Of a DNA stretch of 64,000 nucleotides, positions 17,043-25,942 are shown piece after piece. The notes below the pieces were generated by a model. That model was not told where the DNA came from and did not search any database. It was given only the letters and a program-made list of their open reading frames with translations. Every line of letters starts with the position of its first letter. Positions within the stretch are counted from its first letter, which is position 1. The position numbers and the translations under genes are program-made. The DNA lies in IMG/VR virus record IMGVR_UViG_3300042691_013609, positions 57,239 to 121,238 of that record. One strand, given 5' to 3'. The DNA is from a virus.

Positions 17043-17429
17043 TTATTTTGACAGAACAAGTTTTTTGTTCCCGGAAACTAAATGAATTTCGCAATTAGAC
17101 ATTTTTAAAACCTCCCACTTTTGATTTAATATATAAAGACTACACACACTAGGTAATATAAAGGTAATAAATTTTTTACCACCCTCTTCTCCAAACAAGA
17201 AGTAACCGCCAAATATATAACCTGGGCAAGTACCGTCCACAAAATCAGAACACCCAAATTCTGGATTATCATTCAAGATAAACGAGTGGTTAGTAAATAC
17301 GCTTATATGATTTACACCTTCATAGTAGGAACTAACTCTCCACAAGCCAAAAATCTCACACTTTAATTCTTTTTCAGGAGTATAACATGTAAATAGAAAA
17401 AATAAAGGTATTAAAAATAAATATTTCAT
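17043..17429 (-). CDS. Putative lipoprotein
   Basis: MKY + hydrophobic stretch + Cys; G.W lipocalin-like motif. Confidence 0.5.
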   Translation of the reverse strand: MKYLFLIPLFFLFTCYTPEKELKCEIFGLWRVSSYYEGVNHISVFTNHSFILNDNPEFGCSDFVDGTCPGYIFGGYFLFGEEGGKKFITFILPSVCSLYILNQKWEVLKMSNCEIHLVSGNKKLVLSK

Positions 17430-17442
17430 TTTTTATTATTTG

Positions 17443-17527
17443 TACTCGAAGTGGGAATCGAACCCACACTCCCTCAATGGGAACAGGATTTTAAGTCCTG
17501 CGTGTCTACCTATTCCACCATTCGAGC
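17443..17527 (-). tRNA. tRNA-Leu(TAA)
   Basis: GCTCGAA..TGGTGGAATAGGTAGACAC-GCAGGA-CT-TAA-AA-TCCTG, long variable arm, GGTTCGATTCC; CCA not encoded. Confidence 0.95.
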
Positions 17528-17534
17528 TTATTAT

Positions 17535-18083
17535 TTATTCTTTTAGGAATCTATTTTGTGGCGGGTGCTTTGGCTTAGGTGTATATTTCTTCTTCTTATA
17601 TGAAGATTTGTTTTTTCTTTTTGTGTTAAATTCATGCAATGTATTATTCATGTCATTATTCACAAACTCTTTTAACCTCCTATATATCCTATCAAAATGA
17701 AGGGCCGGATTCCACAATTTATCATGTAATAAAGGTCCTTTCTTTTTTATTCTAAGCCTGTCTTCAGATATTTCAATTAGACCCGCGTATTCAGGTATGT
17801 CTTTTAAATCCAACATATCAAAAGGAGTAACATAAAAAAACCTATTAGCGCAATCTACACCTGCTTTTAAATTTTTATGTTTTTCTTCTTTTTCAAAATC
17901 ATCAAAGAAGTCAAACTTTTTTGTCTTTATCTCAAACTCCCAGCAATGACCGTTCTCTAAAAAATGTAACGCATCTATCTCATTATTACCGAAGAAACAA
18001 ATATTATGAAACAAATACTTATGAGTAGTAAAATAATAATCCCACAACCTGGCTTGCATCCATTTTTCTGTATAAGAACTCAT
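17535..18083 (-). CDS. PD-(D/E)xK nuclease, MmcB-like
   Basis: EID...WEFEIK....DF..D..K, NRFFYVTP, IP.YAGL. Confidence 0.65.
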   Translation of the reverse strand: MSSYTEKWMQARLWDYYFTTHKYLFHNICFFGNNEIDALHFLENGHCWEFEIKTKKFDFFDDFEKEEKHKNLKAGVDCANRFFYVTPFDMLDLKDIPEYAGLIEISEDRLRIKKKGPLLHDKLWNPALHFDRIYRRLKEFVNNDMNNTLHEFNTKRKNKSSYKKKKYTPKPKHPPQNRFLKE

Positions 18084-18216
18084 ATCTCATTATTTTCCTT
18101 TTTCTACAAACTCATACTTTATATGAGGCTTGTTTTTTTCTTCTAGGATGTTTCTAAGTCTGATATTTTCTAATATCGTCTCTAATAATGTATTTGTTAA
18201 ACTCTCATTTTCTCTT

Positions 18217-18558
18217 TTAAGATTCTTTATCTCCTTTTTCTTTTTCATCTATTATCTTTTTTATTTTTTGACAACCTTCATAATCTTCATTTTCTAAAAG
18301 CTGTTCAAGTAACATATTTAATTCATCAACACTTAAATCTTCAATATCTTTACCACCATCTATTCCAAGAGATTTTCCTATTGTTGGCAAAATATATCTT
18401 ACAAAATAATCACTTGCAATTGCAGAAGGTATATCAACTGTTAACGACACTCCGGCATATCTAACTTTTATTAAACCATCTTCTTCAAATTTTACATGAA
18501 AAGAATCATCAATAATATACCACTTGTCTTTTTTTAAAGTTTTAAAAAAGTCAAACAT
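18217..18558 (-). CDS. Hypothetical protein with C-terminal UVR-like helical motif
   Basis: L...LENEDYE.C.KIK. Confidence 0.55.
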   Translation of the reverse strand: MFDFFKTLKKDKWYIIDDSFHVKFEEDGLIKVRYAGVSLTVDIPSAIASDYFVRYILPTIGKSLGIDGGKDIEDLSVDELNMLLEQLLENEDYEGCQKIKKIIDEKEKGDKES

Positions 18559-19305
18559 TTATTTAATTTTTATTTTGAACAAATCTAATGAAGATGTTAT
18601 GTAAAGATCTCTTGTGTATATGTTGTTATCTTTTTTTCTATAGACGGATCTTCTAGAGACCCTATCTTCAGCAATTGATTTGCTCATGGGTTTTAAATTT
18701 TTAGAACAATTTATGTCTATAAGTAGATATTTATTTATATCTCTTTCTTTAGACTCTTTTCTCCACCTAGTTATTGTGGATTCTGATATATTCATTATCC
18801 TAGATATCTCTGCATTGAAAGCCCTTCCAGAAACGGAAGTGTTACCAAAAGTGTCAATTTTCTTTTCTGTATTAAGCAAAGCCCTAGAGCCCACCCTGAG
18901 TTTATCCCAATTGACTTTTATTTTCTTTCCCAAAGAATCTATCTTAATTCTCTTTTTATCTTTTATAGAACTTTTTACATCAAGTAAATACTTTTCTGTA
19001 GTAGCTATTAGCATAGCTTTAAAACTAGATATATCAACTAAGTTCTCTTCTGATAGATTGAAGTATATATTTTTACAACTGTATTTATTTAAAACTTTTC
19101 TATAGTTAACTACTTTCTCTTTAGTTACCCAACCCATTTTTAATAACTTAGGAAGGACATCATATTTTTCTGTTTTTGAAAAAGTAAAACCTAAATAAGA
19201 ACCACCATTTAAAGCAGCATACATCCTAAGTCTATAGAACAAGAACAGTTCTACTACTTTGTCAGTATTTTGATTATTGAAATGTATGTTGCTTTTAATT
19301 ATCAT
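18559..19305 (-). CDS. Basic protein with HTH-like segment
   Basis: NAEISRIMNISESTITRW; preceded by TATATTTG at 19310-19317. Confidence 0.55.
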   Translation of the reverse strand: MIIKSNIHFNNQNTDKVVELFLFYRLRMYAALNGGSYLGFTFSKTEKYDVLPKLLKMGWVTKEKVVNYRKVLNKYSCKNIYFNLSEENLVDISSFKAMLIATTEKYLLDVKSSIKDKKRIKIDSLGKKIKVNWDKLRVGSRALLNTEKKIDTFGNTSVSGRAFNAEISRIMNISESTITRWRKESKERDINKYLLIDINCSKNLKPMSKSIAEDRVSRRSVYRKKDNNIYTRDLYITSSLDLFKIKIK

Positions 19306-19382
19306 AATGCAAATATAAGTATATTATAAATACCGTGCTTCATATTAACAATATTTTAACAAACTTACAATTCGTTGATTTC

Positions 19383-19423
19383 CAGTTCATTCTAAAATTG
19401 AGCAGTATAAATAAACTCAGGGT
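19383..19423. repeat. 41-bp exact direct repeat, copy 2
   Basis: Identical to 5310-5350. Confidence 0.95.
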
Positions 19424-19424
19424 A

Positions 19425-20285
19425 TTAATTATAGTATAACCCACTAATGTTCTTCCATGCTTCTTGAAAGCTATCCATAAGTATACTATCATACTTAGCA
19501 GGATACATCTTAGCTTTATTAATATCATAATTTAAGTAATGAGTAAAAGAGCAATACCTAGGTGTGAAGCCGTGCGTTGCCATTAATTTAGCCCCAAACA
19601 TTACTTGAAGTTTATACTTATCTTCAGAACTATCGTATATGTTATGAAGAGGTTCCTTTAGAAAAGATGAAGTATTTTTATAAGGTCTTTTTTTATTTGT
19701 CTTATAATCATCAACATCAACATATCTAACTCCATCTACAGTTTCAATAAAACACCTGTCTATCTGTGTTACAAAAGTTGCATTCTGCGGCATAGTGAAA
19801 TCCCACACTAGAAGTTCAGGATAATACCCATCTTCCAAATCTATTAAACAATCAAAAGCAGACTGATTATCGTATTCCTTTTTTATAGAAATAGTTTGAA
19901 ACCTATCTTCAGTAAACGGATTAATCTCGTATCCTCTTGAGTATGAAAGATCTTCTTGCTCTTTATGAAATTTAGACCCAAGTATATTTGAGTAATCCCA
20001 TTCATAAGATAGCTCATTTTTTAGATGAGTTATATCATCAGTTACAATACCTGATAAATAATCAGCCACTTCCTTTTGGTTTAGGTTAAACAACCTATTA
20101 AACTCTCCTTTAACCAGAGAATTGTATCTTTCATCACCAAGTAGAAGTTTATAAGCAGATATAGTTAGCTGATTCTCTCTGTCAAATCCTTTTGAAAAAT
20201 TACTTATAAGCTTAGTCCACCCAACCAATTTGGTTCCCGACTCTAAATGTCTATAATCGTGAGTCTCTTCAGAAAAAATTATCAT
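19425..20285 (-). CDS. PD-(D/E)xK exonuclease (RecB/Cas4-like fold)
   Basis: F.EETH.Y, G..FH, PE, QID, DDYKTN, YKLQ. Confidence 0.75.
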   Translation of the reverse strand: MIIFSEETHDYRHLESGTKLVGWTKLISNFSKGFDRENQLTISAYKLLLGDERYNSLVKGEFNRLFNLNQKEVADYLSGIVTDDITHLKNELSYEWDYSNILGSKFHKEQEDLSYSRGYEINPFTEDRFQTISIKKEYDNQSAFDCLIDLEDGYYPELLVWDFTMPQNATFVTQIDRCFIETVDGVRYVDVDDYKTNKKRPYKNTSSFLKEPLHNIYDSSEDKYKLQVMFGAKLMATHGFTPRYCSFTHYLNYDINKAKMYPAKYDSILMDSFQEAWKNISGLYYN

Positions 20286-20527
20286 TTTTTGAAACTTTTT
20301 TTATGTTATAAATGTTACTATATAGTAACATTTTTAGTATTTACTTAGTTCAAACAATTCATAATTAATTGATAATTAATATTTTTTGACAACTACAACA
20401 AAAAAATTATAAATTAATTACTTGATTATCAATAAGTTACAATAGTTGTTGTAATTTTTAGAAACAATTTTTGTAAAAACAGATAAAAAACGATTTTTTA
20501 TTATTATATTTGCATAAACATTTTACT
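20286..20527. promoter_or_regulatory. Divergent promoter region; plus-strand -7 element TATATTTG at 20505-20512
   Basis: Strand switch, very AT-rich. Confidence 0.55.
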
Positions 20528-20932
20528 GTGATCAATATAGTAAGGAATGAAATTAGGGATAAACAAATTTATCGGTGCACAGATAAAGTGTCTAGCGATA
20601 AGGAATACTTCTTAAAAGTAATAAGAATATTCTCTGCTGCTTTTTTAGACGGGGAGTTTCACCTTACTGATAGAGAATGTGATTTATTATACGGAATCTA
20701 TCATTGCATATCTAAAGGAGATAGAGAAATTCTTAAAGTTGATTACATAGAGAAGTATTTTTCCTCTTTTAAAGATAAAAAAACAGTACAGGTATGGATT
20801 AATAGAGTAGAAAAAAAGGGTTGGGTAACGGAGTCTAATGGAAAATATTATATAGAAGGGCAATTTGAAAAGCTCGTACAGTTTAACATAACTGGATTTA
20901 CAATAGATTTGATAAGAGATGAGATTAATTGA
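20528..20932 (+). CDS. Putative winged-helix DNA-binding protein (GTG start preferred)
   Basis: LTDRECDLL...TVQVWINRVEKKGWV; the ORF-track start overlaps the promoter. Confidence 0.5.
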   Translation: MINIVRNEIRDKQIYRCTDKVSSDKEYFLKVIRIFSAAFLDGEFHLTDRECDLLYGIYHCISKGDREILKVDYIEKYFSSFKDKKTVQVWINRVEKKGWVTESNGKYYIEGQFEKLVQFNITGFTIDLIRDEIN

Positions 20933-21161
20933 TGAAATAATAACCCAAAGCGCTTACTTAGATTACGATAGCAATAGCCCAATAGAATATGTTGCATTAA
21001 GTATGGATGCTTATCTTCAGATATCTAGAGAGATCTTTGAAGAAACTGACAAAGAAGAAATAGGAGATAATGATATAGAAGATTTTCTCACAATGAAGTT
21101 TGTCTTAATGCCTACTTTAATAAGTATAGACTATAGGTTTCTAAAAGAGATAAAATTGTGA
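20919..21161 (+). CDS. Hypothetical protein
   Basis: Overlapping operon packing. Confidence 0.6.
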   Translation: MRLIDEIITQSAYLDYDSNSPIEYVALSMDAYLQISREIFEETDKEEIGDNDIEDFLTMKFVLMPTLISIDYRFLKEIKL

Positions 21162-21670
21162 ATGTAAGAAAAAATAGCAATTATCTTAATCAAACAAAAG
21201 AGCAGATTAAAGAATCAGCTGAGTTAGTAGATATAACAGTAGAAAGTGCTGAGAAAATAATAGATGATTTTTTCCTTATTATAAGAGACTTTCTTAATGA
21301 CGAAAGGATGCCAACTTTTTATGTACCTTATCTTGGTAAATTTAGTCCAACTATAGGCAGTATAAGAAGGTCTTTGAGAATAACTTTTAAACTTTACAGA
21401 TCCGGAGCAATACCAAGACACATCGCTGTATACAGAATAAAAAAGTTTTGGCCAATAAGATGCAGACTAATAAAAGAAAAAATGGGTAATCCGCAGCACG
21501 ATAATTGGAAGAATATACCAATGAACTGGCAAAAAGACGGAATATATAAAGAATACACTGATGCATTAGAATATTATTCTAAAGGAGGCAAAGAAGAATG
21601 GGACAAGCAAAGAGGTGCTTATGATGGAAGGTTAAGAATACCTAAAACAGATAATGAATTTTGGCAATAA
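21158..21670 (+). CDS. HU/IHF-like DNA-binding protein
   Basis: AEKIIDDFF..IR..L......YVPYLGKF resembles the HU/IHF helix2-strand signature. Confidence 0.45.
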   Translation: MNVRKNSNYLNQTKEQIKESAELVDITVESAEKIIDDFFLIIRDFLNDERMPTFYVPYLGKFSPTIGSIRRSLRITFKLYRSGAIPRHIAVYRIKKFWPIRCRLIKEKMGNPQHDNWKNIPMNWQKDGIYKEYTDALEYYSKGGKEEWDKQRGAYDGRLRIPKTDNEFWQ

Positions 21671-21680
21671 ATAAAAATCA

Positions 21681-22064
21681 ATGGGAGAGTACATTAATAA
21701 AGGAAGCGAAAAATTAAAAGGAGTTACATGGGATTATGTACCAAGGACAAAGTTTGCGGGTACTGAAATTACTTGGCAAAACAAAAGAGAAGTTATTAAA
21801 GAAAAAGCAAGAGAGTATAAAGAAAATAATCCTGAAGCCTCTACAGAAGAATGTGTAGAATGGGGAAGAAGATTTGCAAGGAAAGAACAAAAACACTTTA
21901 AATCTTACTTAAAAGGAAAAAATTCTTATTCGTATAAAGGTGGAAAATTCCTAGTAGAAGATCAAAGCAGATTAGAACATTTTATTAAAATGGCTCAAAT
22001 GTTTGAACAACAAAACGAGGAATATCAAAAAAGTTTATTAGAGAATAATCAAGAAGAGGAATAA
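21681..22064 (+). CDS. Hypothetical protein
   Basis: 127-aa ORF in operon. Confidence 0.7.
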   Translation: MGEYINKGSEKLKGVTWDYVPRTKFAGTEITWQNKREVIKEKAREYKENNPEASTEECVEWGRRFARKEQKHFKSYLKGKNSYSYKGGKFLVEDQSRLEHFIKMAQMFEQQNEEYQKSLLENNQEEE

Positions 22065-22065
22065 A

Positions 22066-22659
22066 ATGGGTAAATTAGGGAAAGATTTTATATCGGAACA
22101 AGAAGTAAATTTTGCTATATCTGATTCGATTGAAACAAAAGGAATAGATGTAGAAGAATTTTATAAACAACTAGAAGAGTTTTATAAAGACGGATATTAC
22201 AAGCAAAGATTTAAAAAATGTTCTTTATCAAATAAAATAGGAATAGAGATTTTTAAATTTCAGCCAAATAGAAGTTTAAAATCAAAACTCCTTACAGTAG
22301 ATTTAACAGGATCTCTTATGTCTGTTGACAATGTTTTTGAATCAACACATATAGCAAAAGTAATTAAACTCCCAAAAGATAGCAGTAACTATGATTATTC
22401 AGAGGGTGATTTAGTTATTATGAGTTATTCAGATACTGTAGGACAAGATATTAATCCAGACTACGCATTCTTATTGCAATTTTCTCAGAGCAATATGGAG
22501 CCAAAGATGCCTAAGTCTGTTCCTCCTTTTACACATAGGTATGTAGCAAAACTTTTTGACAATGTGTTTTTACCTCCACATGAGTTTAACACAAAATCTG
22601 AAGATGTCAGCACGTTTGCTGTAGAGCCTTACAAAATAATCGGTAAATATGAAATATAA
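22066..22659 (+). CDS. Hypothetical protein, possibly GroES-like fold
   Basis: AKVI...EGDLVI and terminal V..YKIIG pattern. Confidence 0.4.
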   Translation: MGKLGKDFISEQEVNFAISDSIETKGIDVEEFYKQLEEFYKDGYYKQRFKKCSLSNKIGIEIFKFQPNRSLKSKLLTVDLTGSLMSVDNVFESTHIAKVIKLPKDSSNYDYSEGDLVIMSYSDTVGQDINPDYAFLLQFSQSNMEPKMPKSVPPFTHRYVAKLFDNVFLPPHEFNTKSEDVSTFAVEPYKIIGKYEI

Positions 22660-22978
22660 ATTTAATGATATTATCAATCCAGTTAAATGGTGGGCTTTTT
22701 GCAAGTTTTTATTTAACAGCGTTTTTGGGGAAAGAGTTACACCAGAAGATAAACAATGGCAATCTGAGGTTATTGTCTTCAGAGGAATAATGTGCCCAAA
22801 ATGTAAAGAAGCAGGAGCATGCATTGACTGTGGTTGTAACTGGGCTGGAAAAAGCGCTGACATGTCTTTAGAATGTAGCATGGGAAACTGGAAAGCAGTT
22901 AAAGATAAAGAAGATTGGGAAGATCAAAAGAATAAATATTTGAATGGATTAAAAATAGGTTTAGTTAAAAATGAGTAA
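22649..22978 (+). CDS. Cys-rich zinc-finger-like protein
   Basis: CPKC...CIDCGC...C...W. Confidence 0.6.
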   Translation: MKYKFNDIINPVKWWAFCKFLFNSVFGERVTPEDKQWQSEVIVFRGIMCPKCKEAGACIDCGCNWAGKSADMSLECSMGNWKAVKDKEDWEDQKNKYLNGLKIGLVKNE

Positions 22979-23336
22979 TGTAGTATTTGATAATATGGAA
23001 TTTAACTTAGGTGATGTCCATTATAAGAGTGTAATAAACCTTGAAGCCGATTGCTTAGAAAATGCAGATAGAGTGCATTATATTAATGGAGGCTGTTGGT
23101 GCACAAAACCTTCTTTTGACGGAAAGAAGCTAAAAATAGAATTTAATGTAGAGGCGGCAGTCGGGAATCTCCAAAAAGGAGAATATAAATCTGTCCCAAA
23201 ATATGTTGATATTTATTTGGATAAAGAAGTGAACCACTACGTACCTGACCCTCATACTATGAAAATGATAAATAACCCTGATAAAGTTGTAATTAAGATT
23301 CCTATTAATTTCAGGGCACACGGAGATTTGGGGTAA
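22971..23336 (+). CDS. Ig-like protein (DUF1573-like)
   Basis: F....FNLG.V and GGCWCT (cf. SCGCT). Confidence 0.45.
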   Translation: MSNVVFDNMEFNLGDVHYKSVINLEADCLENADRVHYINGGCWCTKPSFDGKKLKIEFNVEAAVGNLQKGEYKSVPKYVDIYLDKEVNHYVPDPHTMKMINNPDKVVIKIPINFRAHGDLG

Positions 23337-23416
23337 TTCTCTCCACTTAGTTTTTGGTTATTTTGTCTCACCTCGATGAAGGGCGGTATCCTCTGCCGTC
23401 CTCATCTTTTTTTATT

Positions 23417-23791
23417 ATGAAATCATACACAGAAAAATCTTTAAGTAAAAGGAAGGAAGAAAGAAAAGACTTCCCTGATTTCTATAAAAAACATATTGAT
23501 ATAATCAAAAATAATAAAGAGTGCTGTAAAGAATGTGGTATTAGACTACTTGGAGATGTTAGTGAAGTTGCGCATATATTGAACAAAAGCTACTTTAAAT
23601 CTGTTTCTATTAATGATGATAATGTAATTTATCTATGCGGATGGAAGCAGAATAATTGCCATGATAAATTTGATAGTGGCAAAGAAAAAGAAATGAAAGT
23701 ATTTAGCATTGCTAAAGAAAAGTTTAATATATTAAAGGAAGAAGTAAAAGAAAAAATCAATTATAAAATTTGGGATAAATATGGCAACTGA
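23417..23791 (+). CDS. HNH / NinG-like nuclease (start MKSYT)
   Basis: CKECG, VAHIL.K, N...LC....CH..FD. Confidence 0.7.
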   Translation: MKSYTEKSLSKRKEERKDFPDFYKKHIDIIKNNKECCKECGIRLLGDVSEVAHILNKSYFKSVSINDDNVIYLCGWKQNNCHDKFDSGKEKEMKVFSIAKEKFNILKEEVKEKINYKIWDKYGN

Positions 23792-24785
23792 CGTTTTAGA
23801 TGTTTTAAAGAAACTAAATAAAGACAAAGCAGAGGAAGATAAAATTAAAGTAGCAAAGGATTTGCCTGACGAATATTTTGTTAGAAATGTTATATCAACT
23901 GGAAGCCCTTATTTAGATTACAGAATAAACAGAGAAATCGGAAAAGGTGGTTTAGTAAAAGGTTCTTTCAATTTATTAATAGGAGGAGAAGGATCAGGAA
24001 AAACTTCTATAGCTCTTTTAGCTGCGGCTAATGAACAAAAAGAAACTGGAAAATATGTAGTATTTTATGATGGAGAAGGGTCCATGAGTGAATCTTATAT
24101 AGAGAGATTTGGAGTGGATAAAGAACTTCTAATATATAGAAAAGGAAGGAACTTAGAAGAAATGCTTGACACAATTGAGGCTTTATCTTTAGCCGATAAT
24201 GTTGGCATGATTATAATAGATTCTATTCCTATCTTTGTATCTTCTGTTGTAGAAGAAAAAAGTGCAGGTGATAACACAATTGGAGTTGAGGCTAAGAAGT
24301 TTTCAGCCAGAATGACAATCATAGAGGGTAATTGTAGTAGGAGAGATATTTGTCTAACAGCTTTAACATTTTATACTCTTAATCCCGGAAGCATGGGCGA
24401 CCCAAGAGTATTAAAAAGAGGTGAGTGGCAAAAGTATATGTCTAATTTAACATTAGAGTTTACTAAGAAAGATTTGATAAAAGATGAAAATGGAAGCCCT
24501 ATTGGGCACATTATTGATGTTAGGACAAAAAAATCTAAACTTCAAGAGTATGACGCAAAAGATGCCTTTCAAATAAATTTTTATTATAAAAACGGATTTA
24601 ATAAATACGATGAATACGCTTCAATATTTATTGAAGAAGGTTTAATAAAACAAGGAGGCGCTTGGTTTTCTTTTGCTGATGAAAATGGAGAAGAAGTAAA
24701 GTTGAATGGAAAAAGCAAAGTAATATCTTTTTTGAAAGAAAACGAAAATCATTTTCAAACACTATTAAATAGAATTGGAAAATGA
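23781..24785 (+). CDS. recA: RecA/UvsX-like recombinase
   Basis: ISTGS..LD, G.EGSGKT, D.E, IIIDSI, KQGGAWF. Confidence 0.9.
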   Translation: MATDVLDVLKKLNKDKAEEDKIKVAKDLPDEYFVRNVISTGSPYLDYRINREIGKGGLVKGSFNLLIGGEGSGKTSIALLAAANEQKETGKYVVFYDGEGSMSESYIERFGVDKELLIYRKGRNLEEMLDTIEALSLADNVGMIIIDSIPIFVSSVVEEKSAGDNTIGVEAKKFSARMTIIEGNCSRRDICLTALTFYTLNPGSMGDPRVLKRGEWQKYMSNLTLEFTKKDLIKDENGSPIGHIIDVRTKKSKLQEYDAKDAFQINFYYKNGFNKYDEYASIFIEEGLIKQGGAWFSFADENGEEVKLNGKSKVISFLKENENHFQTLLNRIGK

Positions 24786-25213
24786 GAGAGCTAAAAGATA
24801 TACTTGAAGATTTTGATAATTTAAGACAAAACTTTAGGCATTTTACTACTAAAGGGGATGGGAATAGAATAACTCTAATTGAATATCAAGGAAGGTTTGT
24901 AGACTTAAAATCTGATTTAACATATTGGAAATCGCATTTTTTAAATGAGTGGACTAGAAGGGACGATAAAGCTGCCACAGCTATAAAATATAGGTTAGCT
25001 GGAGCAATTAGCAGAGGCGAGTACACAGACCACACAGGAAAACTATTAGACAAATGTTCATTATCGATTGCTGAAAAAATAGCTGCCGGTACAAAAGAGT
25101 ATCAAGAATTTATTCAGCAAAGATCTCATTATAAAGAATACGCTTCAAATATTTCTGACAGAAGAGAAGATATTTTAAGTTATATAAACGAAATAAAGGA
25201 CAGACTAAAGTAA
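24782..25213 (+). CDS. Helical protein, possibly a UvsY-like recombination mediator
   Basis: Coupled to recA, about 140 aa, helical; function inferred from position only. Confidence 0.35.
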   Translation: MRELKDILEDFDNLRQNFRHFTTKGDGNRITLIEYQGRFVDLKSDLTYWKSHFLNEWTRRDDKAATAIKYRLAGAISRGEYTDHTGKLLDKCSLSIAEKIAAGTKEYQEFIQQRSHYKEYASNISDRREDILSYINEIKDRLK

Positions 25214-25225
25214 AAACACTAAGTA

Positions 25226-25420
25226 ATGAAACTGCACATTTACTCATCTAAAAATTTTCAAAACTGGTATTCTGATGAGCAGGAAATACCAGATAAATAT
25301 TGCGTTGATAGTGATTGTGTAATTACTGTAAAAAGAAGAGAATTTTGCCCAAAGGAATGCGAATTAGATCGACCCTTTGGGCAAAATGCTTATGAGAAAT
25401 CTTGTTGTAAAAATTGCTAG
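25226..25420 (+). CDS. Small Cys-rich hypothetical protein
   Basis: 64 aa with several Cys. Confidence 0.45.
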   Translation: MKLHIYSSKNFQNWYSDEQEIPDKYCVDSDCVITVKRREFCPKECELDRPFGQNAYEKSCCKNC

Positions 25421-25423
25421 AAT

Positions 25424-25942
25424 ATGACACCAATAAGGGTAAAGGATATAACTAAAGACTTTTGGAATCAGAACCAGCAACTTTCTATAATGGCTCCGTT
25501 CTCTGATTTTAAAAAGGAAAAGAATTCTTCAAAAATAATGATGGCTATTTATTTGATTTATGATAGTAAATCAGATTTTATAAAAGCCGGAATGACGACT
25601 GATGAAATAATAAAAGACGTAAATAAAAACTATTTAGAAGACGAAAATTTTCCGTGGGAAAACTACCAAAAAATAGTTGACGCTTATAAAGAAAAATGCA
25701 CATCTAGGCTTCATAAAAAAGTTATGAATATGCTAGATGAAATCGATGAGATAGAGAGATCAAGATCTGAGTTATCTTGGGACGACCCTAATGAGGCAGA
25801 ATTAAAAATAAAACTTTTTGATGCTTCTAAAAAATTGTATAATGAAGCAATAGAACTTCAAAAGAAATTAAACGAGGAAGTTGCAGAGCTTGAATTAGAA
25901 GGTGATTATGTTCCTAGTTTAACTGAGGAGTTTAGTTTATGA
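25424..25942 (+). CDS. Putative terminase small subunit
   Basis: Helical 172-aa protein overlapping the TerL start. Confidence 0.45.
   Translation: MTPIRVKDITKDFWNQNQQLSIMAPFSDFKKEKNSSKIMMAIYLIYDSKSDFIKAGMTTDEIIKDVNKNYLEDENFPWENYQKIVDAYKEKCTSRLHKKVMNMLDEIDEIERSRSELSWDDPNEAELKIKLFDASKKLYNEAIELQKKLNEEVAELELEGDYVPSLTEEFSL

Noticed and set aside
17440-17700. 86-aa plus-strand ORF
   Set aside because: It is the antisense shadow of tRNA-Leu and the adjacent gene.
19425-20285. CRISPR-associated Cas4
   Set aside because: It is a PD-(D/E)xK nuclease without the Fe-S Cys cluster or cas neighbours, typical of stand-alone phage exonucleases.
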